A program made the position numbers and the translations under genes. Positions 39,160-49,304 of a stretch of DNA of 64,000 bases are shown in pieces. Position 1 is the first letter of the stretch, and the number at the start of each line of letters is the position of its first letter. The stretch comes from an uncultured Chlamydiae bacterium. GTDB lineage: Bacteria > Chlamydiota > Chlamydiia > Chlamydiales > SM23-39. The DNA is taken from positions 548,035-612,034 of the forward strand of contig CAVQKJ010000004.1 of assembly GCA_963713105.1 (NCBI GenBank), in the 5' to 3' direction. A model generated the notes under the pieces. It was not told the origin of the DNA and did no database searches. It was given only the letters and a program-made list of their open reading frames with translations.

Positions 39160-39894
39160 ATGAATAGAATAGTAAAAACAAATTATTTAATTACATCCAA
39201 CATCCCATTGACAAACCGCGCTATGGCTCAAGAGGAAACAGCGCCCATGCCATCTCCTTTTTTTTCAAAAAAAGCCGCTTTTCGAAAATTTGCCGCCGAA
39301 AGCGCTTTATTGATCACAGCCCAACAAAATCAGGCAGAGCGCAATTGGGATGAAATTTTGAAGGACTTTCAAGATTTATCTAAACCTTTGATGCTTTCTG
39401 ACAAAGAAGCGGACCGTATTTTGGCCTTTTACGGAATCTCCGATATCAACGTCCGAGATCCCGATAAAGTGGTGGAAAAACTCCCCATTGTTGCTGATCA
39501 GGGCGGATTCCCCATAGATGAGATTGTTAGAGATGGACTCAACCCCTTAGAAAAAGCGGTTTTTGCCAACAATGCCCCTTTAGTCAGGCTGCTCCTCTCA
39601 AAAGGTGTTTCCCCTCTTATGGAAAGGAAGTTTTCCGGGAAAAACTTCATTCACCAAGTCGCAGGGTATACCACAGCGATCTGCGACGCGATCGAATTGC
39701 GAAATATGGCAGTGATCCAACAGTTTGTCGACGCTGGATTAGATCCGAGCGTCAACGTTTTTTCTCAAAAGGAATTTTTTTGGGGAGTACCTGGAGTTAC
39801 CTGGCAGAGAAGAACGGCTCTCGAATTTGCAAAAGAATTTGGGAACGACTCGGTCGCGGCCATGATCCTCGGATCTCTTAAAAAAAATGGCTAA
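39160..39894 (+). CDS. ankyrin-repeat-containing protein (eukaryote-like)
   Basis: DGLNPLEKAVFANNAPLVRLLLSKGVSP matches the ANK consensus (G-TPLH-A---G---vv-lLL--GA). At least 2-3 repeats. No signal peptide. Confidence 0.5.
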   Translation: MNRIVKTNYLITSNIPLTNRAMAQEETAPMPSPFFSKKAAFRKFAAESALLITAQQNQAERNWDEILKDFQDLSKPLMLSDKEADRILAFYGISDINVRDPDKVVEKLPIVADQGGFPIDEIVRDGLNPLEKAVFANNAPLVRLLLSKGVSPLMERKFSGKNFIHQVAGYTTAICDAIELRNMAVIQQFVDAGLDPSVNVFSQKEFFWGVPGVTWQRRTALEFAKEFGNDSVAAMILGSLKKNG

Positions 39895-39986
39895 AACCTG
39901 TGAATCTATTATTTATGCTGGCGCTTGATATTCATTTCAATTTAAAATGAAACCATAATTTATCACAAAAAAAACTATATAATTTT

Positions 39987-41153
39987 ATGTACATAGAAAA
40001 TTCATATTATATTCAGAACCTTTCTCATTTGCCCGGCGCCTCTCAGCCCTCCGAGCTATGCTCAATGATTGCCGGGTTAGACGATCCCCATCTCGATGGG
40101 AATCCCAATCGCTGTTATTACTACTTAAAAGGCAATCGGTGTTTTGGGCTATTGATCAGTTACATTCCCAATGCGCCAGACGCATGTTATAAATTCAACG
40201 CCACAACCCAAGTTTGGGAAAAAACCGAAGCCTACTATTACAATCGCATCCATTATCATGGAGAAGGGCAAATCTTTCTCCCCGACGAACTGGACGTATG
40301 GAAAAAAGATGCGATAGCTGACGCAATCATCGATCCCCATCTTTTCGATGCGAATCCCAATCGCTCTTATTACTACTTAAAAGGCAAAGGGTGGTTTGGG
40401 CACTTGATCAGTTACATTCCCAGTGAATCAGGCCTATGCTATAGATTCAACGCCAAAACCCAGGTCTGGGAAAAGGCCGAAGAATGGTATTACCTTCGCA
40501 TCCGTTTTTATGGAGAAGGGCAAATCTTTCCCCCCGATGAACTGGACGCATGGCAAAAAAGCGCAATTGAAGGAAGGGCGATCTACGCAGATTTAAAAGA
40601 CCTCCATCCCGATCGGAATCCCGAGCTATATAATTATTATTACATAAAGGGTAATGGTTTTTTTGGGGACATCAACGCTTACATTCCAGATGAACCAGAT
40701 TTCTGCTATCAATTCAATCCTGCAGCCCATGCCTGGAATAAAGCCAGTGTCGGCCGTTATAATCATCTTCAGATGTCTGGAGGAGGGCAGCTCGTGCCTT
40801 TCGAGGAATTAGAAACATGGAAAAAAAAGGCGATAGACGACTACGACCACGTTCATCAACCGATTGTGGGAGAACTCCATCCCGATAAATATCCATATGC
40901 TTTTAAATATTATCACTTATATGGATGGCTCCTCGCTGTTTATACAAAAGAAAAGGATCTCGTTGTTTATACCTACAATGCCCAAAACGACTCTTGGGGA
41001 AAAACGTCCAATCCTCATGCGTTCTATGGTGAACTGGGCTTTGGGAATGGTTGGCCTTTTCCGCTCGACGAACTGGAAAATTATAAAAAAGCTTTCAGGG
41101 AGCATATAGAAAAAAAAGAACTCTCCTGTGATTCACTGAGAGACCTTCTCTGA
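39987..41153 (+). CDS. hypothetical protein built from four tandem ~90-aa repeats
   Basis: Repeat core is DPHL(D/F)xNPNR(C/S)YYYLKG...FG(L/H)LISYIP...CY(K/R)FNA.TQVWEK.E.(Y/W)YY.RI...GEGQIF.PDELD.W(K/Q)K.AI, present 4 times (repeats 3-4 more diverged). Repeats 1 and 2 are also near-identical at DNA level (40081.. vs 40333..). Confidence 0.6.
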   Translation: MYIENSYYIQNLSHLPGASQPSELCSMIAGLDDPHLDGNPNRCYYYLKGNRCFGLLISYIPNAPDACYKFNATTQVWEKTEAYYYNRIHYHGEGQIFLPDELDVWKKDAIADAIIDPHLFDANPNRSYYYLKGKGWFGHLISYIPSESGLCYRFNAKTQVWEKAEEWYYLRIRFYGEGQIFPPDELDAWQKSAIEGRAIYADLKDLHPDRNPELYNYYYIKGNGFFGDINAYIPDEPDFCYQFNPAAHAWNKASVGRYNHLQMSGGGQLVPFEELETWKKKAIDDYDHVHQPIVGELHPDKYPYAFKYYHLYGWLLAVYTKEKDLVVYTYNAQNDSWGKTSNPHAFYGELGFGNGWPFPLDELENYKKAFREHIEKKELSCDSLRDLL

Positions 41154-41262
41154 TACAAGCGCATCTTTATTGACACAGTTATTACTCTTTAATATATGAG
41201 CAACTATAGGGCTTGCATGGCGCGCCTGACAAAATTCGTTTATCTTTCATATGAGGTAGCAT

Positions 41263-42132
41263 ATGATTCGCAATCGGATCGCCGCTGTCGATGGGCACAA
41301 TATCTTCTATCGCGAAGCCGGAGATCCTAAAGCTCCCGCTCTTCTATTATTGCACGGCTTTCCCACCTCATCGCATATGTTCCGGAACTTGCTGCCTTTA
41401 CTTGCGGATCGATATCACGTAATTGCGCCAGATCTGTTGGGTTTTGGATTCTCGGACTCTCCCGATCGCAGCCATTTCAAATACACTTTTGAAAACCTTG
41501 CAAAAATCATTGAACGCTTTACTCAAGCGATTCATTTGCCGCGATATGCACTCTATGTTTTCGACTATGGGGCGCCTGTCGGATTTCGATTAGCTCTCTC
41601 TGATCCGAAGAAGGTCACTGCGATCATCTCGCAGAATGGGAATGCCTATGAAGAGGGTTTAAGCCAAGGCTGGAATCCCATTCAAAAATATTGGAAAGAA
41701 CACACGCAAGCGAATAGAGAGGCTCTTCGCGCATTCTTAAAACCGGAAGGAGTCAAGCAGCAATACTTGCACGGGGTATCCGACAGAACGTTAATTGGAC
41801 CGGAATGTTATACTCTCGATTCCGCATTGCTAGCGCGCCCTGGCAACGAGGAAATTCAGCTCGATCTATTTCTTAATTATGCAAGCAATGTAGCGCTTTA
41901 TCCTAAATTTCAAGAGTATTTACGCAAGCATCACCCCCCTTTGCTTGCGGTCTGGGGCAAAAACGACCCCTTCTTTTTACCGGCGGGCGCCGAGGCGTAT
42001 AAGCGCGATGTTCCGAATGCTGAAGTGCATTTCTTTGATACAGGCCACTTCGCACTTGAGACGCATGTCCATGAGATAGCTGCCCGTATTCGCGACTTTC
42101 TAGCCCGCCGCCTGTTGAAGTTAGCCGCTTAA
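41263..42132 (+). CDS. alpha/beta-hydrolase fold protein (haloalkane dehalogenase / epoxide hydrolase-like)
   Basis: LLLLHGFPTSSHMFRNLLPLLADRYHVIAPDLLGFGFSD; C-terminal DTGHF. Confidence 0.8.
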   Translation: MIRNRIAAVDGHNIFYREAGDPKAPALLLLHGFPTSSHMFRNLLPLLADRYHVIAPDLLGFGFSDSPDRSHFKYTFENLAKIIERFTQAIHLPRYALYVFDYGAPVGFRLALSDPKKVTAIISQNGNAYEEGLSQGWNPIQKYWKEHTQANREALRAFLKPEGVKQQYLHGVSDRTLIGPECYTLDSALLARPGNEEIQLDLFLNYASNVALYPKFQEYLRKHHPPLLAVWGKNDPFFLPAGAEAYKRDVPNAEVHFFDTGHFALETHVHEIAARIRDFLARRLLKLAA

Positions 42133-42139
42133 AATCGCT

Positions 42140-44665
42140 CTACATGCCGCAAAAACCTTCAGAAACTGGCGTCGTTCCAGATTGATCGATAGTGCCTGTA
42201 TTGCCGGTCAAAGGCTCAACGCTGAACTGACCGCTCCCCATGTTATTTAGCGCGTAATCTGGCTCCGTAGCCTCCATGGTGGATTGATTGTTTTGCATGC
42301 GTAGACAGACACTCGCAGAATCTTCCGGAACTATTGTGACTGCGGATCCAGTATTCAAGTCCATCAGATTATTGCCCATGAAGGTATTGGCAAGAATCTC
42401 ATACTTAGCATGACTATTGGTGTTAGGCTGAGCAAAAAAGCCGGCTCCGTTGTTGTTGGTCACTGTGTTCCCTTGCATGACAACATTTATTGAAGAATCA
42501 TCTGAAGAATCTGCTTCCACCCCTCCATTATTATTATTGATTGTATTATTTAGAATGACGAGATTACTATTTGACGAAACAAATCCCTTCAGAAATAACC
42601 CAGCTTTACCTATTTCAAATATCTGATTTTCTTCAATGGATGCAGTCAACGATGAGGTGCCATAGGCAGCCGTTGCAATCCCTTGAGCATCCCCATAACG
42701 GGAAACCCTATTCGAAATAACGTTAAAGATCCCTGTTGCCGATTCAGATTGGGTTAGGAGGTTCGTATCGAGAACAATCCCACTCCCTAAAGGACCGTTC
42801 GATAGAACGTTATTTTGAATCAATCCCGTCATTGAAGAGACTCCCTCGGCTTGCGCGATGATGCCGAATACAAACTCATTCGTTCGGTTGTTCAACAGCT
42901 GAAATGTCGCTGTGGCATTGTCATCGGATAACAGAAAAGTTCCTACCCCTGTTAAAGGGACCCCTTCTAGTTGATTTTCTTGAACGATAGCCGAAAGAAT
43001 GGGAGTTCCCGTGAATGCATGGAAGTCAATCCCGTGTCCCACACAATTCGAGATCTGATTCCCTGAGACAGAGGCGCTAGCAATGCTTTGATTTTGGACG
43101 AGAATTGCAATCCCCGATCCGCTGGGAACAGGAACATCAGGAGGGTTAAGGGTGTCATTTTGAAAATTAGAAATGATATTGTTCTCGATGGTATAGACGC
43201 CGTTTCCGCTCGTCTGAGAAAGATAGATTGCATAGGTTCCCTGGCCATCTCCAGATTGAAGAGTATTGCTGGTAATCGAAACCTGTCCAAACGGCTCATT
43301 TGGAATAATTCCTGCTGCCCCGTTATTCGCAGTCAGAATATTCTGAGAGACGGCAAGATCTCTCGTCGCACCCGATAACGACCCAATACAAAAACTTCCC
43401 TGGGCAGTCCCATTCGCATCAGAAGCAATTTGAAAACCAGAAATTGAATTATTGTTAGCGACCGTTACCACGGAAGTTCCCATGGGGGCTGTCAAACTAG
43501 GCAATCCCTTTGCTTGCGGCGGGATCGAAATCGATCCAATGGTCGTCAACAACGTGTGGCTTATTCCGGCTCCGAAAAGGCGCTGATTATCTTTGAGCAC
43601 AATCCCTAAATCCATCCCTGCAGATGTTCCATCTCCAGGGAAAACGTAAATGACATCTCCGGATGCGGAGGCGTTTTGAGCGGCGATCAACGTGGGGAAG
43701 GGAGATTCGAACGTGCCTTTCGAATGGCTTGTATTATTGACAAACCAGAAGAAATAAGGCTTTCCTGTAGAAGGATCTATAGCCTTGACTGTGCTTTTTT
43801 TCCGATCGACGGGAATGATTTCAAATCGATTGATGGGTTGAACGGAGCGAGTTGCCAGAGCTACAGCTGTTGAACAAGATTGGCAGGCCTTCCTTTGGAT
43901 TTCTCGTTTGCATCCAAAGGGAATCACAATGCTGAACTGTCCTTGTCCTGTCCAACGGAAGACTGAATCATAGGATGTAAAACCTTCCAATTTGCAATAC
44001 TTGAAAAGATCGATCTCCACCCTTGCCTCGCCTCCCCAAGCTACGTCCCCGTGTCCGGCGAGATAATAGGGTCCAGCTGCAATCGCGATATCCACATTCT
44101 TCGCAGCATTTATATGCGCTGCCGCTTCCGCATTCGCGCCTCTTAGAGCAAATTCCTTTTTTCGAGAAAGAAGAGCGAAATGGCTTTGAAATCGATCAAA
44201 ATGCGTTCCCCAAAAGGCGCTTCTTGTTTTTCCGACGGGAAGATAACCATTGATCCGGAAATCCCACACTTCGCCCAGAGATTCGAGACCGGCTGCAATT
44301 TGGTTGTAATGCTGTCTATGTGTTTTCCGATAGTCATAGTAAGTATTAGCGCCCCAAACCCGTGAAGAAGCGAGATATCGTACTCCAACTCCAGCATTTG
44401 CTGCCGGCCGCCCACTATTGAAAAGATGTCCCCGGAGATCGACGAAAGGGATCCAGGCATCGCCAAGAGGTCGGTTCGGAGAAAAAAAACCTTCCAGAGT
44501 CGTATACCCTTGGTTGTAGCCGATTCCTCCAGGTTCAATGTGTCGCGCCGCAACGCGCATGGGACGAGGGCTTTCTTGTTCAATTTCCTCTCCAAACACG
44601 GATACACAGAACAAACTACAAAGAAATAAAAGGGCAACCTTCGAATCTACTTTCATCTTGGACAA
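42140..44665 (-). CDS. large secreted adhesin-like protein: N-terminal beta-barrel-like domain (inverse-autotransporter/intimin-invasin-like?) plus parallel beta-helix repeat passenger
   Basis: Signal peptide. ~250-aa amphipathic beta-strand region, then long N/S/T/G-rich repeats (NNxISGxxI..., pectate-lyase-like beta-helix pattern). C-terminus is not aromatic, so there is no C-terminal barrel. Confidence 0.45.
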   Translation of the reverse strand: MSKMKVDSKVALLFLCSLFCVSVFGEEIEQESPRPMRVAARHIEPGGIGYNQGYTTLEGFFSPNRPLGDAWIPFVDLRGHLFNSGRPAANAGVGVRYLASSRVWGANTYYDYRKTHRQHYNQIAAGLESLGEVWDFRINGYLPVGKTRSAFWGTHFDRFQSHFALLSRKKEFALRGANAEAAAHINAAKNVDIAIAAGPYYLAGHGDVAWGGEARVEIDLFKYCKLEGFTSYDSVFRWTGQGQFSIVIPFGCKREIQRKACQSCSTAVALATRSVQPINRFEIIPVDRKKSTVKAIDPSTGKPYFFWFVNNTSHSKGTFESPFPTLIAAQNASASGDVIYVFPGDGTSAGMDLGIVLKDNQRLFGAGISHTLLTTIGSISIPPQAKGLPSLTAPMGTSVVTVANNNSISGFQIASDANGTAQGSFCIGSLSGATRDLAVSQNILTANNGAAGIIPNEPFGQVSITSNTLQSGDGQGTYAIYLSQTSGNGVYTIENNIISNFQNDTLNPPDVPVPSGSGIAILVQNQSIASASVSGNQISNCVGHGIDFHAFTGTPILSAIVQENQLEGVPLTGVGTFLLSDDNATATFQLLNNRTNEFVFGIIAQAEGVSSMTGLIQNNVLSNGPLGSGIVLDTNLLTQSESATGIFNVISNRVSRYGDAQGIATAAYGTSSLTASIEENQIFEIGKAGLFLKGFVSSNSNLVILNNTINNNNGGVEADSSDDSSINVVMQGNTVTNNNGAGFFAQPNTNSHAKYEILANTFMGNNLMDLNTGSAVTIVPEDSASVCLRMQNNQSTMEATEPDYALNNMGSGQFSVEPLTGNTGTIDQSGTTPVSEGFCGM

Positions 44666-44814
44666 CCGCCGTTATCTTTATCTTCCGAGAAGTTTGCATA
44701 TCTTGTAAAATTTTACCAGACAATCCACGGATGCCATTTCGCTTCAAAGCTTCCGATGTATTCTGAATCGAATTTCTATTTATCCTTTATCATTTATCTT
44801 TTATCCTTTTTGTC

Positions 44815-45534
44815 ATGAGATTCCTTCTATCGCTCTTTCTTCTCCTGAGTTTCCCCCTATTTTCCGACGAGATGATCGACATCTCTCAGATCATGGAAAA
44901 ACGGACGAAGCAATATCCTTTAAAAGGGTACAATAAGATCTGTCTCTTCACTCCTCGCCGCACGGGCAGCACTCTAGTTTACAATGTGTTGCGTTTCTTA
45001 TTCGAAAAAGGCGACAGGGAAAAAATTGTGAAAAAAACCCACTCGTTAAAAAAAGACAAACGGAATGTGGCCTACGTATTTACGATGCGGAATCCGGTGG
45101 ATGCCTGTTTTTCCTTTTATCGGGCGAAGGGAAAAGAAACCCAAAAGATAGCCCCTTTGATCCACGATCAAATGCAGTGTTGGGAAACTTTAGGAAAGCT
45201 TATAGAAAAGAAACGGAAAACGGTCCTGCTCAAGTATGAAGAGTTCGTTAACGACATCGATTTTCTATTTGCCCAATTGGAAAAAGAGTTTTCGATCAAA
45301 ATCGATGAAAAAGATAAAGCGTTGCTGAGAAATGCTTTGTCGAAAGAAAATGTACTAAAAAATATCGCCCAATTCAATGATTTTAAACAATTAGATAAGA
45401 AGCACCATTTTCATGGAAATCACATCGACCAGGGTGAAATCGATGAAGAAACTCGGCTTCGTTTGAAGAAAGAGATCGCCCAACAACTGATCCCCTATAA
45501 ATCAAAAATCGAGAAATGGGGTTATAAAATATAA
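44815..45534 (+). CDS. sulfotransferase-family protein with signal peptide
   Basis: TPRRTGSTLVYNVL (5'-PSB-like PKxGTT) and RNPVDACFS (3'-PB-like RxP.D...S). Confidence 0.55.
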   Translation: MRFLLSLFLLLSFPLFSDEMIDISQIMEKRTKQYPLKGYNKICLFTPRRTGSTLVYNVLRFLFEKGDREKIVKKTHSLKKDKRNVAYVFTMRNPVDACFSFYRAKGKETQKIAPLIHDQMQCWETLGKLIEKKRKTVLLKYEEFVNDIDFLFAQLEKEFSIKIDEKDKALLRNALSKENVLKNIAQFNDFKQLDKKHHFHGNHIDQGEIDEETRLRLKKEIAQQLIPYKSKIEKWGYKI

Positions 45535-45561
45535 TCCCTTGTTCCCTTGGATTTTAAAGGG

Positions 45562-48500
45562 TCAAAATTCTTTCCCCGCTTTTACAATGAATGTGTTGGA
45601 CCAATAGACGCCGCTCCATTCCCCTTCGTAGTCCGCGGAGAGGAATCCTCCGTTATTCCATCGATAGAAAAATTCGATCCCAGGCGCGATCAGGTTCTGT
45701 GTTTGGGTCAGAGTTTCGACTGTAAATGTCCCGGCGGGCGCTCCGACGAGAGCCGCGCTGACGCGGCCATTGCCGCTCAATGGCTTTTTATTCACATAGG
45801 AGAGAGATTCTCTCACGATGAATAGACCATAGCCCGTTTCGGACTCGTTGTCGAAAAGAGTCTGATAACAGGAAAGCCCTACTTCGCTGCGGAGCAGGGA
45901 CGAAGTGCGGGAGTCCTGGCGCATGTTGAGCGGGCTGGCCCCGCGTTCTGCAAAACCATCTTCGAAATTGACCGCACAATCGAATCTCGCAAAAGGTTCA
46001 AGCGCGACGCAGCCGAAGAAATAATCAAGACCCAACTCTGCGTGAGGCACGACTTGCCACCCATGTGTGCGGCTGGTGGCCGCCGCGCTAAACCCATTGA
46101 AGAAGATATTCCTCTTTCCATGCGTTTGATGATAACCGCCCCAAAGCGCGAGATCGAGATAGAAAGTCGAGCCGAAGTAACTGCCGTATAGTGAAGCGAC
46201 ATAATCGTTCAGCCGCGCCTCGCCGAACCCGTTGTCTTCGTCTAAATTGATATGTGCATATCCGAGAGAGAATCCGACAAGGAACCGTTCTAAATTAAAA
46301 GCGTCGAAACCGGCTAAGATGCCTCCGGCATTAAAATCGAATGCGGGCGTTTGCTTCTGTGCTTGCTCGCGGCCGAATTCTCCAAAAGGGGCGGCCCAAA
46401 CGCTAAATCGCGCGCATCGCGGCTGCGGACATATATTTCCGCACGATTCTGTCCCGTTCATGGCAACCAACGATGCGACTTGCGGGGAAGAATAAATCCC
46501 CGCGCCGGACGCCCGGATGAAGCGGCGGTTGGATATCCGCGACTCGAGAATGTCATTGAAAGCAAAGGCGCTATTTTGAGATGCGAAAGTAGAAAAGGCA
46601 TTTCTCGCTGGACTGATCAAATCCAACGCTTGATCGATTTGACTTGCGGAAAGGGAAACGAATTTATCGAAAATCGGAAACAGAGGAAGGAAATCCTGGT
46701 TGTTGAGCGAGTTTAGATAATTGGCAAGACTCAATCGATTACCGGTCAAATGGCCCGTGGGGATGGAATAGAAAACCTCGTTCGCGTCTATTGTTAAAAA
46801 GAGGATTTGTCCTGCCGCATTGAGGGAAAGGGAGAGCCGCGGCAGGAACGCTGGATCCATGCTTTGGATCGTAAATAAAGGGCCGGAAATCGTTCCCGAC
46901 GGGGTTTCAAGAATAGAATAGGAAGTCCCGGAAAAATAGTCGCCCGGGTCTTCATCTACGAAAAGAATAGCGCCTGACGCGATGCTCGCGCCGCCCGTTG
47001 CGATGACCTTTGAAGAGGCGCTTGGGTCGATCTCTATTGCATAAGTCGAACCGCTATCGTAAGTAACCGCTCCATCCACAGTCAAAGTGCCGATCGAGTT
47101 GCCTGGATTTAGAGTGCCCCCGTTCAGTATTTCCGCCGATCCATGGATGATGCCTGTTCCGCCGAGCGTAGCGGTTGAATCGACTGTTACGTCGCTTTCC
47201 ACCGATCCATCGAGCGTAAGACGTCCAGCCGCAACAGTTGTCGGCCCGGTGTAGGTATTGGCCCCGGATAAAGTCAAAATCCCCGCTCCTAACTTTTGGA
47301 GGGCGCCTGGCCCCGTGCCATCCGCGATGATGCTGCTGATCGTGGAATTAAAGCTTCCCACATCTATGATTCCTAAAATACCGCTATTGATGCCGATGGG
47401 AAGGTTGAAAGGATTGATCGCGGCCGAAAATTGCAACGTGCTATTGCTTTCAAACGTCACGCCTCCGCTTCCCAAGTTGCCGACAGAACCGATCGAAACT
47501 GTCCCTCCATCGATCTGCGTGCCTCCTGTGTAGGTATTGGATCCCGAGAGAATCACAGTTCCACTATTCATTTTAATCACTCCGCCCCCTGGACCTCCGC
47601 CGGCGCCTCCGCTAATTATGTCGGCTGCCAGCGTCACGGAGCCTGCATTGTCGCAGACGAAGGTGCCTCCGGACATAAGAAAAATATCCGGCCCAAAACT
47701 TTGCCCCCCAGATGCGCCTCCTCCGCCACCGCTTCCCGCAGCAACAGTATTCGCACTTGAATTCCCGAATTGAAGAGTATCCGTCAACGTAAAGGTTCCT
47801 CCCTGCCGGATAAAAATAGCGCCGCCTAAGCCCGCTCCTCCTCCGCCCCCGCCGCCGCCATTTCCACCAAAAGCGCCGCCCGTTCCTCCAGGCGATATGC
47901 TGCTACCCCCTCCGCCCGCGCCAAACCCGCCCGCTCCTCCCTGCATTGCGGCGTCGCTTCCATTTACGAAACCACCGCCGCCGCCTCCTCCTCCAAATCC
48001 CCCTCCTCCTCCTTGATTCGATGAAGTGATGACTCCGCAGCCTCCTCCTCCGCCGCCAAAATTATTCGATGAGGCAGCGCCCCCTGATCCCGCTCCAGGA
48101 GAACTGACCACTGAGTATCCGCCGCCGCCGCCGCCGCCGCCGATATCCCCGCCAACTCCACCATCCCCGCCCAGATCGAACGACATTCCTCCTCCGCCGC
48201 CTCCTCCAGTGCCGGTGGAGGGTAATCCATTTCCGCCATTTCCTCCTCCGCCGCTGCCTCCTCCTCCGCCTCCAGCAGCGTTTCCTGCAACGGCATCGCC
48301 TCCATTTGCACCGCTTGACATCCCACCCGCGCCTCCGCTGCTGCCTCCATTTCCTCCTACATCAGTGCCCTGGCCGTTCTGTCCATTTCCACCGAAAATT
48401 CCGCCGCCCCCTCCGCCGCCGGAATTCGTTCCTCCACTGTTTCCTCCAGTTCCAAAAAGTCCTCCTCCTCCGGAACCGCCGCCGCCCATCGTAGCTGCAC

Positions 48501-49185
48501 GGCCCGCTCCAAATAATCCTCCTCCTCCACCGCCTCCTGCGGGATTGGGTCCCAAAACGCCTCCTCCGCCATTTGCATTCATCCCCCCGCCTCCGCCTCC
48601 TGAGGCAAAAAGTTGGCTCGGGGAACTTATTAATGCAGCCGCCCCATTTCCACCATTGGCAGCATTGCCATTGAACGCAGCAGCGGTTCCCATTGTAAGG
48701 CTCGCGTTCTGGTTAACGAAAAGAGCGCCTCCAGCCCCAAGCCCTCCGCTTCCTCTTCCTAATCCTCCAGCTCCTCCTTGAGCGGATAAATGAGCCATAT
48801 TGATATTGTTGATCGTCACATCGCCTGAATAGACTAGGAGACCCCGGAATGTTGTGCCGGTTCCGTCCAAAGTGAGTCCCGCTACATGATTCGAGTTGAT
48901 GATTAGACTATTTCCCGGTGCGATCATGATTGGAGGGAGATTCGCTGACTTCGTAGTCCAGACGAGAGAAGTGCCGGCCGTAACAGCTCCGCCAAATGTA
49001 ATTGTATTCATAGGATCGGATGGCGCGGCATTAATTGCGTTGATAGCCGCCCGAAGCCCGTTTGTTCCGTCGTCGACGTTGGCGACAGTGACGTTGAAAG
49101 TATTTAACGGCCAGACTGAGGAAGAGAAAAGGGTAAGCAATAAAGTGCCGGCGAGTGTTTTTTTCATTTTTTTCCCATTTGGCAT
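45562..49185 (-). CDS. giant Pmp-like autotransporter with ~350-aa Gly-rich low-complexity passenger segment
   Basis: Signal peptide MKKTLAGTLLLTLFSSSVWP. Residues ~130-480 are >60% Gly. C-terminal ~300 aa is an autotransporter beta-domain ending ...YWSNTFIVKAGKEF, paralogous to the C-terminus of the 14599 gene. Confidence 0.75.
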   Translation of the reverse strand: MPNGKKMKKTLAGTLLLTLFSSSVWPLNTFNVTVANVDDGTNGLRAAINAINAAPSDPMNTITFGGAVTAGTSLVWTTKSANLPPIMIAPGNSLIINSNHVAGLTLDGTGTTFRGLLVYSGDVTINNINMAHLSAQGGAGGLGRGSGGLGAGGALFVNQNASLTMGTAAAFNGNAANGGNGAAALISSPSQLFASGGGGGGMNANGGGGVLGPNPAGGGGGGGLFGAGRAATMGGGGSGGGGLFGTGGNSGGTNSGGGGGGGIFGGNGQNGQGTDVGGNGGSSGGAGGMSSGANGGDAVAGNAAGGGGGGSGGGGNGGNGLPSTGTGGGGGGGMSFDLGGDGGVGGDIGGGGGGGGYSVVSSPGAGSGGAASSNNFGGGGGGCGVITSSNQGGGGGFGGGGGGGGFVNGSDAAMQGGAGGFGAGGGGSSISPGGTGGAFGGNGGGGGGGGAGLGGAIFIRQGGTFTLTDTLQFGNSSANTVAAGSGGGGGASGGQSFGPDIFLMSGGTFVCDNAGSVTLAADIISGGAGGGPGGGVIKMNSGTVILSGSNTYTGGTQIDGGTVSIGSVGNLGSGGVTFESNSTLQFSAAINPFNLPIGINSGILGIIDVGSFNSTISSIIADGTGPGALQKLGAGILTLSGANTYTGPTTVAAGRLTLDGSVESDVTVDSTATLGGTGIIHGSAEILNGGTLNPGNSIGTLTVDGAVTYDSGSTYAIEIDPSASSKVIATGGASIASGAILFVDEDPGDYFSGTSYSILETPSGTISGPLFTIQSMDPAFLPRLSLSLNAAGQILFLTIDANEVFYSIPTGHLTGNRLSLANYLNSLNNQDFLPLFPIFDKFVSLSASQIDQALDLISPARNAFSTFASQNSAFAFNDILESRISNRRFIRASGAGIYSSPQVASLVAMNGTESCGNICPQPRCARFSVWAAPFGEFGREQAQKQTPAFDFNAGGILAGFDAFNLERFLVGFSLGYAHINLDEDNGFGEARLNDYVASLYGSYFGSTFYLDLALWGGYHQTHGKRNIFFNGFSAAATSRTHGWQVVPHAELGLDYFFGCVALEPFARFDCAVNFEDGFAERGASPLNMRQDSRTSSLLRSEVGLSCYQTLFDNESETGYGLFIVRESLSYVNKKPLSGNGRVSAALVGAPAGTFTVETLTQTQNLIAPGIEFFYRWNNGGFLSADYEGEWSGVYWSNTFIVKAGKEF

Positions 49186-49304
49186 TCAAAAAAAATAATA
49201 TTACTTTTTTCATTTTTTTTATTTCTTTTTTGAAGGGTGCTTCTAAATATGAATTTTCGATCTAAGAGAGTGGCTGCTGATGAAGCGAATCGACCAGAGG
49301 TCTC

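Noticed and set aside
48026-48781. 251-aa poly-proline ORF on the + strand
   Set aside because: Mirror image of the GGN-codon Gly-rich region of the minus-strand autotransporter (GGN reverse-complements to NCC = Pro). No independent start or RBS support.
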